64,000 nucleotides of DNA from Eledone cirrhosa (Eukaryota), in NCBI GenBank assembly GCA_964016885.1, contig OZ024763.1, forward strand, positions 10,168,001 to 10,232,000, in the 5' to 3' direction. The stretch's first letter is position 1. Every line of letters starts with the position of its first letter. Below the pieces are notes generated by a model. The model had not been told where the DNA came from. It searched no databases and worked only from the letters and a program-made list of their open reading frames with translations. The position numbers and the translations under genes were made by a program. This document shows, one piece after another, positions 39,117 through 53,605 of this stretch.

Positions 39117-42100
39117 TTTAACCACCCTAGACTAGCTCTACAATATGTACCTGGGTATTTAACACCCTAGGCTAGCTCTACAATATGTACCTGGGTATTT
39201 AACACCCTAGGCTAGCTCTACAATATGTACCTGGGTATTTACCACCCTAGGCTAGCTCTACAATATGTACCTGGGTATTTAACACCCACAGGTAGCTCTA
39301 CAATATGTACCTGGGTATTTAGCACCCTAGGCTAGTTCTACAATATGTATCTGGGTATTTAACACCCACACGTAGCTCTACAATGTCTACCTGGGTATTT
39401 AGCACCCTAGGCAAGCTCTACAATATGTACCTGGGTATTTAGCACCCTAGGCTAGCTCTACAATATGTACCTGGGTATTTAACACCCTAGGCTAGCTCTA
39501 CAATATGTACCTGGGTATTTACCACCCACAGCTAGCACTTCAATATGTACCTGGGTATTTAACACCCTAGGCTAGCTCTACAATATGTACCTGGGTATTT
39601 AGCACCCTAGGCTAGCTCTACAATATGTACCTGGGTATTTAGCACCCTAAGCTCCCTCTAAAATATGTACCTGGGTATTTAGCACTCTAGGCTAGCTTTA
39701 CAACATGTACCTGGGTATTTAACACCCTAGGTAAGCCCTACAATATAAGCTGGGTATTTAACACACTACACTAGCTCTACAATATCTACCTGGGTATTTA
39801 CCACCCACAGCTAGCACTTCAATATGTACCTGGGTATTTAACACCCTAGGCTAGCTCTACAATATGTACCTGGGTATTTAGCACCCTAGGCTAGCTCTAC
39901 AATATGTACCTGGGTATTTAGCACCCTAAGCTCCCTCTAAAATATGTACCTGGGTATTTAGCACTCTAGGCTAGCTTTACAACATGTACCTGGGTATTTA
40001 ACACCCTAGGTAAGCCCTACAATATAAGCTGGGTATTTAACACACTACACTAGCTCTACAATATCTACCTGGGTATTTACCACCCACAGCTAGCACTTCA
40101 ATATGTACCTGGGTATTTACCACTCTAGGCTACCTCTGCAATATGTACCTGGGTATTTACCACCCTAGGTAAACTCTACAATATGTACCTGGGTATTTAA
40201 CACCCTAGGCTACATCTCCAATATGTCCCTGGGTATTTACCACCCTAGGCTAGCTCTACAATATGTACCTGGGTATTTAGCACCCTAGGCTAGCTTTACA
40301 ATATGTACCTGGGTATTTACCTCCCTAAGTAAGCTCTACAATATATACCTGGGTATTTAACACTCTAGGCTACCTCTCCAATATGTACCTGGGTATTTAC
40401 CACCCTAGGCTAGCTTTATAATATGTACCGGGTTATTTTGTACCCTAGGTTAGCTCTACAATGGGTACCTGGCTATTTAACACCCTAGGCTACCTCTACA
40501 AAATGTACCTGGGCATCTAGCACTCTACAATATGTACCTGGGTATTTACCGCCCTACGCTAGCTCTACAATATGTACCTGGCGATTTACCACCCTACGGT
40601 AGTTCTACAGTATGTACTTGGGTGTTTAGCGCCCTAGGCTAGCTCAGCAATATGTACCTGGGTATTTAGCACTCTAAGCTACCTCTGCAATATGTACCTG
40701 GGTATATAGTACCCTAGGCTAGCCCTACAATATGTACGTGGGTATTTACCACCCTAGGCTAGCTCTACAATATCTACCTGGGTATTTACCACCCTAGGCT
40801 AGCTCTCCTATATGTACCTGGGTATTTAGCACCTTATGCTAGCTCTACAATGAGTACCTGGATATGTAACACCCTAGGCTAGCTCTACAATATGTACCTG
40901 GCTATTTACCACCCTAGTCTAGCTCTACAATATGTACGTGGGTATTTAGCACCATAGTCTAGCTCTACAATATGTACCTCGGTATTTACCACCCTAGGCT
41001 AGCTCTACAATATGTACGTGGGTATTTAGCACCCTAGTCTAGCTCTACAATATGTACCTGGGTATTTACCACCCTAGGCTAGCTCTACAATATGTACGTG
41101 GGTATTTAGCACCATAGTCTAGCTCTACAATATGTACCTGGGTATTTACCACCCTAGGCTAGCTCTACAATATGTACCTCAGTATTTAGCACCCTAGTCT
41201 AGCTCTACAATATGTACGTGGGTATTTAGCACCATAGTCTAGCTCTACAATATGTACCTGGGTATTTAGCACTCTAGGCTACCTCTGCAATATGTACCTG
41301 GGTATATAGTACCCTAGTCTAGCTCTACAATATGTACCTGGGTATTTAGCACCATAGTCTAGCTCTACAATATCTACCTGGGTATTTACCACCCTAGGCT
41401 AGCTCTCCTATATGTACCTGGGTATTTAGCACCTTATGCTAGCTCTACAATGAGTACCTGGATATGTAACACCCTAGGCTAGCTCTACAATATGTACCTG
41501 GCTATTTACCACCCTAGTCTAGCTCTACAATATGTACGTGGGTATTTAGCACCATAGTCTAGCTCTACAATATGTACCTCGGTATTTACCACCCTAGGCT
41601 AGCTCTACAATATGTACGTGGGTATTTAGCACCCTAGTCTAGCTCTACAATATGTACCTGGGTATTTACCACCCTAGGCTAGCTCTACAATATGTACGTG
41701 GGTATTTAGCACCATAGTCTAGCTCTACAATATGTACCTGGGTATTTACCACCCTAGGCTAGCTCTACAATATGTACCTCAGTATTTAGCACCCTAGTCT
41801 AGCTCTACAATATGTACGTGGGTATTTAGCACCATAGTCTAGCTCTACAATATGTACCTGGGTATTTAGCACTCTAGGCTACCTCTGCAATATGTACCTG
41901 GGTATATAGTACCCTAGTCTAGCTCTACAATATGTACCTGGGTATTTAGCACTCTAGGCTACCTCTACAATATGTACCTGGGTATTTACCACCCTAGTCT
42001 AGCTCTACAATATGTACCTCAGTATTTAGCACCCTAGTCTAGCTCTACAATATGTACCTCGGTATTTACCACCCTAGTCTAGCTCTACAATATGTACCTG

Positions 42101-42140
42101 GGTATTTAGCACCCTAGTCTAGCTCTACAATATCTACCTC
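39117..42140. repeat. 40-bp minisatellite, about 75 copies, filling intron 4
   Basis: Unit caccctaggctagctctacaatatgtacctgggtatttaa. Confidence 0.97.
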
Positions 42141-42181
42141 CAATGTGTATCTAATTGTTGTGTTACTGTTGTTCTTTCCAG

Positions 42182-42234
42182 GTCATGGTATAGCTGATGC
42201 TATGGCCATATATATACGCCTAATCCCACAGTAA
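42182..42234 (+). CDS. Terminal exon 5 of the secreted protein gene
   Basis: ctttccag| (G)HGIADAMAIYIRLIPQ*; AATAAA at 42306; total CDS 900 nt in frame. Confidence 0.88.
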
Positions 42235-42399
42235 CCAAACACATGATCAACATCGTTGTTGTTGGGGTGCATCGTTACCATAGTGATCACCATCTCTGAC
42301 CAATCAATAAAACAATTCACAAGAAATCCAATCTCGTGTTAGTCTCTTTCTTTTTAGCGGTGGGCAGATTTGGACGAACCCCGCCCCTCCTACCTTGTC

Positions 42400-43150
42400 A
42401 TTTCTTTTTGTTCAGTAACATTGCATTTCAGAATTCCCGCACTGTACCTAATAATTGTTTCTACTTTTAGCACAAGGCCAGCAATTACCCAGTGCATTAC
42501 TGGTACTTTATTTTATCGACCCCCCCGTAAGGGTGAAAGGCAAAGTCAATTTCGGCGGGATTAATGTACCTAATAATAGACACAGCTTGGGAATTTACTG
42601 CACTTATGACATTCCTATTATTTAGATGTGATTTTAGCAGTTGGTATTGTTGTTGTTGTTGTTAATACTTCCACTGCTGCTGCTGTTCTTGATTTCCGTG
42701 GCGTGGGTATGGGTGCCACGGACCTATCCTTCCTGCTTGCCGCCTGTCCTGTTGCTGGTAGCAGTGGAGCCGGTTTCGGATGGAGGGGTGTTTTCTCCTT
42801 TCTCAGGGTTTTCTCATTTCAGAAGGCCCTGAGGTGAGTCTTTGACCCACAGCGAAAGCATTTCGGGCGTTTGCCCTCAACACTTATCGAAGTGCCGTTA
42901 TCGAAGTCTATCACATCCGGGATAGCTTCGATACACTCCTGGTCGGTTTGAATTAACATCTCAATGGAGGCGCCGACCCAATCTTCTTGTACTTTTTTCT
43001 GTACTTGCTGCCATTTTCCATGGGGTTACTCTTCGGGTAACATTTCATGACAGTTCTATTCAATTCTTTCGTCCAGTTGGTTCTTGTCCCTTTCCTTCTT
43101 CCTCCAACACCAGCAGTATTTGGATGATAGCCAGGTCCCTGCTGCTGTTT
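42400..43150 (-). mobile_element. Mosaic of R4/Dong-like fragments, a Nin SINE with 13-bp TSD and a gag-like zinc-knuckle fragment
   Basis: 42400-42615 matches 30445-30535; TSD tgtacctaataat at 42443 and 42565; - strand RPKCFRCGSKTHL; RTNWTKELNRTVMKCY. Confidence 0.7.
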
Positions 43151-43156
43151 CATTCT

Positions 43157-43214
<58 letters not shown>

Positions 43215-43322
43215 TTTATATACATATATATCATCATCATCATCATTTGACATCCTCAGCTTTTATTGTTTTATCCTTGCTCTGTAAAGTTAAGAGAGGG
43301 CAAGAGAGCAGTGTGTGTGTCA

Positions 43323-43358
<36 letters not shown>

Positions 43359-43660
43359 TTATCTCAGCTGAGTGAGTCAGTCAGGGGAAAGCAAGGAATA
43401 TGTTTTGTTGTTTCAGAGAACAGGGTTATTATGGTGGTGGTGGTGGTGGTGGTGGTGTCGGTGATGGTGTGTGTGTGTGTGGGGGGGGGGGAGATTCAGC
43501 ATGGGTCTGATATATATATATATATATAATTGTTTCTACTTTAGGCACAAGGCCAGCAACTACCCAGTACATTACTGGTACTTTATTTTATCGACCCCGT
43601 AAGGATGAAAGGCAAAGTCAACCTCGGCGGGATTTAATGTATAATAAACAATAAACTTCA

Positions 43661-43699
<39 letters not shown>

Positions 43700-43765
43700 T
43701 TAAAACAATGAAATAAAAAATCAAGTCATTAGAGGTATACTTCACTGCTTTACGATCGTTTCTAA

Positions 43766-43916
<151 letters not shown>

Positions 43917-44054
43917 TAACAGGTCCATTCATGTCGCCATCTCTAGGAAAATTATATATATATATATATAACGAAGGAAATGTGGTAAGGAACCAGATGG
44001 ACCATAACGCACCAAAGTACTCAATACTTAGGGTAGTAGAGTGGGTAATAGGTA

Positions 44055-44090
<36 letters not shown>

Positions 44091-44699
44091 GTGGATAGAT
44101 AAGAAGGTAAAGAGAAAGTGAAAATGGTAGAATATGTTGTTGGTGGTGATGGTGGTGGTGGAGGTGGTGATGGTGGTGGTGGTGGAGATGGTGGTGATAG
44201 TGGAGATGGTGGTGGTGGTGATGATGGTGATGGTGGTGGTGGTGGTGATGGTAGAGATGGTGGTGGTGGTGGTGATGGCTATATTAATTCAGTGAGTGTT
44301 TAGAGAGAGAGAGCGAGACAGATGCTACGGGGAGAAACCGTATTTAGCGAGATAAATAGATAGGTAGGTAGATAAATAGGCAGGTAGATAGATAGATAGA
44401 TATGTTTCTTTATTAGCCACAGGGGCACAAAAGAAGGGGACAAATACAAAGGGGGAAGTTTACATACAATAAAAATAGATAGATAGGCAGGTAGATAGAT
44501 AGATAGAGAGTATTAGAGAGAGTGTGGTATCTGTATGAGGAGGAGAGTGTATGGTGGGGAGGTAAGTATAGTCTAGATGAGGTAGCAAGGGGAGAAGGAG
44601 GAGGAGCTATGTTTAGCCAGGATTTCCCTCGTGACTCACAACAGATTGTAATGTGGTCGTTTTATCTACGTTTGGAACGGGAATTTTGTCAACGAACAC

Positions 44700-44962
44700 T
44701 TGAGTAGGAGGGAGAGAGATACAGAGAGGGGGTGAAGGTGGTATATATATATAGAGAGAGAGATACAGAGAGGGGGTGAAGGTGGTATATATATATATAT
44801 AGAGAGAGAGATACAGAGAGGGGGTGAAGGTGGTATATATATAGAGAGAGAGGGGTGAAGGTGGTATATATATAGAGAGAGATACAGAGAGGGGGTGAAG
44901 GTGGTATATATATATATATATAGAGAGAGAGAGGGAGGGAGATACAGAGAGGGGGTGAAGGT

Positions 44963-45005
<43 letters not shown>

Positions 45006-45179
45006 GTTTAATCTTTAATCGAGGGGTACCACAGTAAGGTACTCAATACGTAATAGAGTATATACAATATACTTTCCTGGTGATTTCATTCGAATGAAAC
45101 AGTTCTAGTCCTGTAGAAGCCATTTCTTTATTAAATATTATATATATATATATCATCATCATATATATATCATCATATA

Positions 45180-45218
<39 letters not shown>

Positions 45219-45550
45219 AGAGGGAGGGGGGATTGAAGGAGTGAGATAAATACAGAGAGAGAGAGAGGTGGAGTGAAGATGAGACATAGAAGGGGGAGTA
45301 AGGGAGATAAGTAAAGAGAAAGGCAGGGAAGGAGGGAGGAAAATGGAGCTGGATAAATAGAGAGAGAGAGCTAGGTAAATAGAGAGATGGAGTTAGGTAA
45401 ATAAAGCGAGAGAGGGGGCCAGGTAAATAGAGAGAGAGATGGAGCTAGGTAAATAGAGAGAGAGATATGGAGCTAGGTAAATAGAGAGAGGGGGGGGCTA
45501 GGTAAATAGAGAAAGAGAGGGTGTGTGAGAGTACCAGGTAAATAAAGAGA
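44700..45550. repeat. GA-rich minisatellites (gatacagagagggggtgaaggtgg(ta)n; gctaggtaaatagagag)
   Basis: Visible tandem units at 44700-45005 and 45345-45550. Confidence 0.85.
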
Positions 45551-46440
45551 GAAAGAGAGGGAGGAAGAGGGGTTTTGTTGGTAAAAGGAATATAATTTGT
45601 AAGAAGAAGAAAGAAGGTAAGAGAGGGAGAGAAATGTTTATTTGAACAAGAATAACATCAACAAGCTCGTCACATCTCTGTCATCACAACCAATCAACAC
45701 ACACACGTTCATCACCAACCACCTTTAGTTGTCTCTGCTACATCTCTCGTCTCTCATCACATTATATATCAACACACACACACACACACGTTCATCGTTT
45801 CTCACCAAACAACTACCTTTAGTCGTCCCTGTTACATCTAGACACGGTATAGTCTTGCAGTTTTCTTTACCCACTCTATACACCATGTTTTCTTCTATCT
45901 ATTGTCATTGTGTCTCTGACAACACAACAACAACATCACCGTCGTCACATTGTCCATCTTCTATCATCACACAGCCACCTCACTTCTATCTATTGTCATC
46001 GTCTCTCTGACAACACAATAACATCATATCGTCCATCTTCTATTATCACACAACCACCTACAGTCTTCTCTGCTACATCTAGACATATTTTAGTCTTGCT
46101 ATACATATTATTATCTCCTTCTCTACAACATAGCCCCACAACATGTCCTCCCTTCTTCTGTCTCTAATAACATACACACGTTCACCATTGACGAACTCCA
46201 GTTTTCTCTACAACACCTACACATGTTTTCTGCTAGTGTAGTCTATACAACTACTGTACTCTATACAACATGTTCTCCTCATGTAGGTGCCATACCTGTC
46301 TTGTCTTTGTCGTGGTTCTCTGTCTGACAACACCTACTCTATCCTATGTTATATACCCTGGTTGACCACACACTCTTTCTGTGTCTGTCTGTCCCCAACC
46401 ACACACACACACACATACACACACACAACAGTATAAAATA

Positions 46441-46916
46441 ATGTGTGCAGCTCTGGTGGACAGACAGTTGCCAAGCCAGCACCAGCACCACCATCACCAT
46501 CACCAGCACCAGCACGACGACAGGTCGGCCAGTCGGATGGGAATAGATATATGTAGTAGTACTAACAGTAACAGCAGCAACAACAACAAACAACAACAAC
46601 GTGACAGTGTCCACCCCCAACAACGAAGAAGGAGTGGCGGAGGTTCACTACAGATAGATCCTTGTTTTCGTTGTCTAAAAAGGGTGTACCCTCTGGAGAG
46701 GATCGACGTAGGAGACTCTTTCATAGGGGTTGTTTCCGATGTCGCGTGTGTAATCTACAGTTAACTTTAAGGAGCTACCAGTGGGACCAGTACAACGATC
46801 CTGATGTTTATTGTGTCAAACATGTGCCAAAACTTGTGGGAACCATCGACAACGAAGCGATGGGAATTAAAAGTGCTGTCAATGCTCCACGGGGTAAAAA
46901 CAACATCAACCAACAG
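46441..46916 (+). CDS. Hillarin-like LIM-domain protein, N-terminal exon, with a 1-nt frameshift near 46714
   Basis: CFRCLKRVYPLERIDVG / LFHRGCFRCRVCNLQLTLRSY..DVYCVKHVPK..GIKSAVNAPR matches the hillarin LIM and following motif as recalled; donor CAG|GTAAGT. Confidence 0.8.
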
Positions 46917-47149
46917 GTAAGTCAAGTCCTTCCTCGCACTGTTTTGTCCATACCTGAACTTCATACCTGATCACACTTACCTGGCTTGTTTGTTTGTGTG
47001 TGTGTGTATTATTTTTGAAAATATTACCTTCTCCATTTATTGTTGTGTGTGTGTGTGTGTGTATAAGCAGAAGGGATATTCAATTTGTTGGTAATTCAAC
47101 AAATATAAATGTTTATAACTGATTCAGAGCACTCGACAGTTTAAATATT

Positions 47150-47309
47150 CAATGATATTAAATAAATGGAAACTATATTTATAAAACCATATTTATTCTA
47201 TTATATATATTTCAAGGGTACCAAAAACGTACCAAAGTTTTGGTACCCTTGAAATATATATAATAGAATATATATGGTTTTATAAATATAGTTTCCATTT
47301 ATTTAATAT

Positions 47310-47314
<5 letters not shown>
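47150..47314. repeat. AT-rich palindrome (~75-bp arms) holding only the 3' half of a hammerhead motif
   Basis: ...atatttcaagggtaccaaaa / ttttggtacccttGAAAtatataTA...; related to 13270-13465. Confidence 0.75.
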
Positions 47315-47349
<35 letters not shown>

Positions 47350-47442
47350 TACCTGGAGTTGCGACCGATATATAGTGTTAGCAATTGGAAAGACCAATGG
47401 AAACATTGTTTCCTCGGTCCGATTTGACGAAAGTCGATCGTT

Positions 47443-47503
<61 letters not shown>

Positions 47504-47580
47504 CCACTCTCAAAAGCGTGAACCTAATAAACTACCATTTATACTGTCTCTCTGTTTTTTGTTCCTGTCTAATATTTAAC

Positions 47581-47640
<60 letters not shown>

Positions 47641-47727
47641 AACGATCGACATATATATATATATAGTCTGATTCTCAGATTATTAAAATAACCGAAGTTA
47701 TCTCAATTACATCTGACTAGATTCGTT

Positions 47728-47771
<44 letters not shown>

Positions 47772-47880
47772 TAAAGTACGGTTCATTTTCATGGGCACGA
47801 CACAGGTTGAACAAGTCGGTCCTCAGGGCTAACCAAACGTACCTGGTTTGGTGCTGTTGTAGTAACTGGGTTTATGAGTC

Positions 47881-47925
<45 letters not shown>

Positions 47926-48022
47926 TGAAGAAAAAAATCTTATTCACCCACATGTATTGAGTGTTCATAAGGTAATGTTTGAGCATTTTAAGTATAATTC
48001 TACATAAAACACACCCTCTACA

Positions 48023-48074
<52 letters not shown>

Positions 48075-48757
48075 ATAATAATTGTTTCTACGTTAGGCAC
48101 AAGGTCAGCAAATACACAGTGTATTACTGGTACTTTATTTTATATAATAACGATTTCTTTATTATTGGCCACCATGGCCGAACATAGAGGACAATACAAA
48201 GACGGGGACAGTAGGGGGTTTACAATAATATCGAGTAAAAAAATTAAGAGAACAATTAACAAAAAATATCAACAACAGAATTCCCCAATAAGGGAGGATA
48301 TCAGCCAGAGGTGAGGTTAGGAAACCCACAAATGGCAACCCACCCTAATAATAGGTATAAATGGAAGTGGCAGTGGCAGTATGGCAGATACCAATGAAAT
48401 TGTTGATCTTTCAGTATTTTATGTCCACTTGATATGTTTGTTATTGTTCTATCAATAAGTACACACACACATACACACACACACACACACACATCTTTAC
48501 TTAATTGGCTCCCCCCACCCAAGGTCTTGTGAGCGATGTGTGTGTGTCAGCTGTGTGTGTGTGTGTGTGTGTGTGTGCACTTATTGATATTATAACAATA
48601 ACAAACACATCAAATGATCATAAAATACTGAAATGATGAAAGATCAACAAGATATATTTAATATATATATATATGTATGTATGTATGTGTATATATATAT
48701 ATATATTATGTATATATATATATATATATATTATGTATATATATATATATGTATATC

Positions 48758-48816
<59 letters not shown>

Positions 48817-48839
48817 TATGTATATATATATATATTATG

Positions 48840-48872
<33 letters not shown>

Positions 48873-49021
48873 TATGTATATATATATATATTATGTGTAT
48901 ATATATATATATTATGTGTATATATATATATATTATGTGTATATATATATATTATGTATATATATATATATTATGTATATATATATATTATGTATATATA
49001 TATATATTATGTATTTATATA

Positions 49022-49067
<46 letters not shown>

Positions 49068-49202
49068 GTATATATATTATGTATATCTATATATATATAT
49101 ATATACACACAGTATCTATATATATATATACACACTATATACATTATATAAAAATATGGTGTATATATGTTCATTTGATATATGTATGTATTTATATATA
49201 TA

Positions 49203-49244
<42 letters not shown>

Positions 49245-50494
49245 GTTATATATATATATATATATGTATATATGTTATATATATATATAAATCTGTAGTG
49301 CTGAGACCACTAATCATGGGAGTACTCGATACATGGGGGAATGCAGATTAGGTATAGAGATACGTAAAATCCCGTGCCGTAATCGGGATTTCACATCTCT
49401 CTCTCTCTCTCTCCTTATGTATATATATATAAGGTTGTTACAATTTATTTGTGCCATCAGCTGGGATTTTTAGTTTTAGGATGGATAGAATTTTTGTATT
49501 TAATACCTGTATATATATATAACGTTTCAAATCCAATTACTTGCGCCAAGCTAACTTTGATATGTAAAATTGTGTGTGGGAGTGTGTGTGCTGTGTATTC
49601 CATTTGTTTGTGTATATGCGTGAAGTCCCCCGGGGACCCCAATGTCTAGTTCTAAACCTGGTGACTTTCGCAAACTGTGTAATTTTACTCCCAGTTTCAA
49701 TGACATATCTCTTGTATGAGGTTAAAGTTTTTCCATATTTCTTTGTATTGTTTATATATTAAACATTGAATGTTCCACTTTATATTACTAGTCAGCCATT
49801 ACATGCGTATCTCTCGATATGTATATATACATGTATGCACCTCACCGGTTCATTTCTATATTGGCGGGAATTCCACATTTTGAATTCACCCACCATAACG
49901 TGGTTTTTCTCATAAAACGGTTTTCCTCTATTTTTAGAGGTCACATGTCACGATACCGTCACACTGCTAGAGGTCACATGTCACGATAGCGTAGCACTGC
50001 TAGAGGTCACATGTCACGATAACGTCGCTGTACACGCTAGTATGCACTCACTGAACACCTATGTGTTGAGTTGGGTGATGACCGATGACCTGATGAGGAT
50101 GTGCAATTGCTCGATTGCGTAATATCTGCTGATGATGCGCAATTTCTGTACACTGCCGTTTTAATAACTGTTGTTGGGCAGAATATTGCACAGAGACAGA
50201 ATCCGTCCAGGAGCTAGATACATTAGGAATCTTTACCTAAACACAGCCACTGCACTCACTATATAAATATCATGTGTGCACTCTGAACATCGAGATGCAG
50301 TTTCACAACTGCAACCTTATTGTCTCACTGAATTAATGATTCATGGCTGGAGATCGCTGAAATAACATCAGTAACATTCGTAAACTATATATATATATAT
50401 ATATATATTACCCACTCTACTAACCTAAGTATTGAGTACTCTCGTGCGTTATGGTCCACTTGGTATCTTACCACACCCTCTTTGTTCTATATAT

Positions 50495-50850
50495 ATATAA
50501 TATAAAATCAAAAGATGGTTAAAAGAGTTCCATGTATTTTATTATGCACATTTCAAAAACAAATATCATCATGGGATGATATTTGCGTTCTCATCAAATA
50601 AAATAGGGAGACATGATATGAAGCTTAAAAAACACTTGCTTCATATCATGTCTCCCTATTTTACCTGATGAGAACGCAAATATCATCCCATGATATTTGT
50701 TTTTGAAATGCGCATAATAAAATACATGGAACTCTTTTAACCATCTTTTGATTTTATATTATTTATACTCCAGTCTCCTATAAACTGTTGAGTGCTACTT
50801 ATCCGATATTTGCATTGCTTTATTGTGCTACAATAAAACTCACCTCCTAT
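50495..50850. mobile_element. Second copy of the 20130-20585 fold-back family, hammerhead motif at 50657-50724 (+)
   Basis: tattttac-CTGATGA-gaacgcaaatatcat ccc atgatatttgttttt-GAAA-tgcgca-TA-ataaaata. Confidence 0.8.
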
Positions 50851-50900
50851 ATTATATATATATATATATATGTACATATATTTATATATATATGTATATA

Positions 50901-50945
<45 letters not shown>

Positions 50946-51077
50946 TTATATATATGTGTGTGTGTGTGTATGTATATATATATATATATACACAGGTCAG
51001 CGAGTACGTTGCTCTGAAGAACACCAACAGTGTGAAACAGGTCTGTCATATGGATGCACATGGCTTAGTGGTTGGAG

Positions 51078-52830
51078 CACCACCACCACCTCCATTACCT
51101 CCATTACCAATATCACAACCACCGCTATCAATAACACCATCAGACAACCAACACCACCAATAACAACAACACCACCAACAACACCACCACCACCAATAAC
51201 AACACCACCACCAACACCACTAATAACAACAACACCACCAACAACACCAATAACAACACCACCACCAACACCACCAATAACAACAACACCACCACAACCA
51301 ATAACAACACCACCACCACCACTAATAACAACAACACCAACAACACCAATAACAACACCACCACCAACACCACCCATAACAAGAACACCAACACCACCGC
51401 CACCACCAATAACAACAACACCACCACCACCACCAATAACAACACCACCACCACCACCAATAACAACACCACCACCACCACCAATAACAACACCACCAAC
51501 AACACCAATAACAACACCACCACCAACACCACCAATAACAACAACACCACCACCACCACTAATAACAACACCACCACCAATAACACCAACACCACCACCA
51601 CCACCAATAACAACACCACCAATGACAACACCACCACCACCAATAACAACACCACCACCACCACCAATAACAACACCACCACCACCACCAATAACAACAC
51701 CCCCACCACCAATAACAACACCCCCACCACCACCAACAACACCACCATCACCACCAACAACACCACCATCACCACCAACAACACTACCAACACCACCACC
51801 ACCACCAATAACAACACCACCAATAACAACACCACCAATAACAACACCACCACCAACACCACCAATAACACCAACACCACCACCACCACCAATAACAACA
51901 CCACCACCACCAATAACAACACCACCACCACCAATAACAACACCACCACCACCACCAATAACAACACTACCAACACCACCAACAACACCCCCACCACCAC
52001 CAACAACACCACCATCACCACCAACAACACTACCAACACCACCAACAACACCACCATCACCACCAACAACACTACCAACACCACCACCACCACCAACAAC
52101 ACTACCAACAACACCACCATCACCACCAACAACACTACCAACACCACCATCACCACCAACAACACTACCAACACCACCATCACCACCAACAACACTACCA
52201 ACACCACCAACAACACCCCCACCACCACCAACAACACCACCATCACCACCAACAACACTACCAACACCACCAACAACACCACCATCACCACCAACAACAC
52301 TACCAACACCACCACCACCACCAACAACACTACCAACAACACCACCAACACCACCAACACCACCAACAACACCACCATCACCACCAACACCACCAACAAC
52401 ACCACCAACACCACCAACAACACCACCATCACCACCAACAACACTACCAACACCACCAACAACACCACCATCACCACCAACAACACTACCAACACCACCA
52501 CCATCACCACCAATAACAACACCCCCACCATCACCACCAATAACAACACCACCACCACCACCACCAATAACACCACCACCAACAATAATACCAACACCAC
52601 CAGCACTAACAACACCAACAACACCACCACTGTCAGCACCATCACCAACACCACAATCATTACCACCACCACCACCAACACCACTACCATTACCATACCC
52701 ACAAACACCATCACTACCATCACAATCACCACAAACACCATTACATCTACCACCATTGCTACCACTACCAACACTACCACTACTACAACCACTACCACCA
52801 CCATTACACCCACCACCACCACCATCATAT
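51078..52830 (+). repeat. Phase-preserving (CCA/ACA/ATA/TCA/CTA)n triplet repeat; open Pro/Thr-rich frame
   Basis: The 723-aa ORF is almost entirely NNA codons; coding status unproven. Confidence 0.85.
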
Positions 52831-52854
52831 CAACATATGTCATCCTCAGTCTCC

Positions 52855-52885
<31 letters not shown>

Positions 52886-53199
52886 CATCATCATCATCAT
52901 CATTTTATGTCCGCTTTTCCCTGCTTGCAAGGGTGGGACGGGAACTGATTCTGGCTTGATTTCTACAGCTGGATGCCCTTCCTAACACCAACGTCATTTA
53001 CAGTGAGTGCTGGGTGCTTTTTTTCTGTAGCGCCTCCACGACCACTTTGCAGTGGAATGATATGGACCCCAGTCCCTCCACGACCACTTTGCAGTGGAAT
53101 GATAGGGACCCCAGTCCCTATCATCTCATTTCTACAGCTGAGTAAACTGTATCACTGTTATGTTCATGATGTTCATCTGATACACATATAAGACTTTCA

Positions 53200-53605
53200 T
53201 CTTACAGTGAAGGTAATTCTGTGTAAACGGCGACTGGTTCTTCATCTGAGGACGAATTGCTGAATCCAGATTTGGATAACTTATTTTCTGTCAAGTTTTC
53301 TTGCTATAACCAGAAGTCTTTGTGAGACAAAAGTAGCAATCTTCTGCATGGTTTATTGGCTTTCGCCATACCATAGAAATGCCAAATGCTAGTTGTTTCC
53401 TTGTGCTCTTTGTCCATTGATTTTCAACAAATGGTTTACATACATTGTGTGGACCCCACAATTTATTCTGATCACCAAGTTTAAGCTTAAAGTAAGCCAA
53501 GTATGTTCTTTTCACAAATTCAGTAATGTTCATTCTTTGAGTACCGCATATATAGCAAAAAAAGTTAGGGGAATGCAAAACATTTTCTTTGTAATGAAGC
53601 CATGC
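53200..53605 (-). mobile_element. Chapaev3-like transposase N-terminal Cys/His domain fragment
   Basis: SPNFFCYICG..AYFKLKLGDQNKLWGPHNVC..MVWRKPINHAEDCYFC. Confidence 0.8.

Noticed and set aside
50085-50150. CTGATGA motifs as hammerheads (also 45076-45110 and 22628-22680)
   Set aside because: No properly placed GAAA..UH, or no pairing stem I.
51140-52930. 596-aa Val/Leu-rich membrane-like ORF on the - strand
   Set aside because: Antisense reading of the CCA/ACA triplet repeat.
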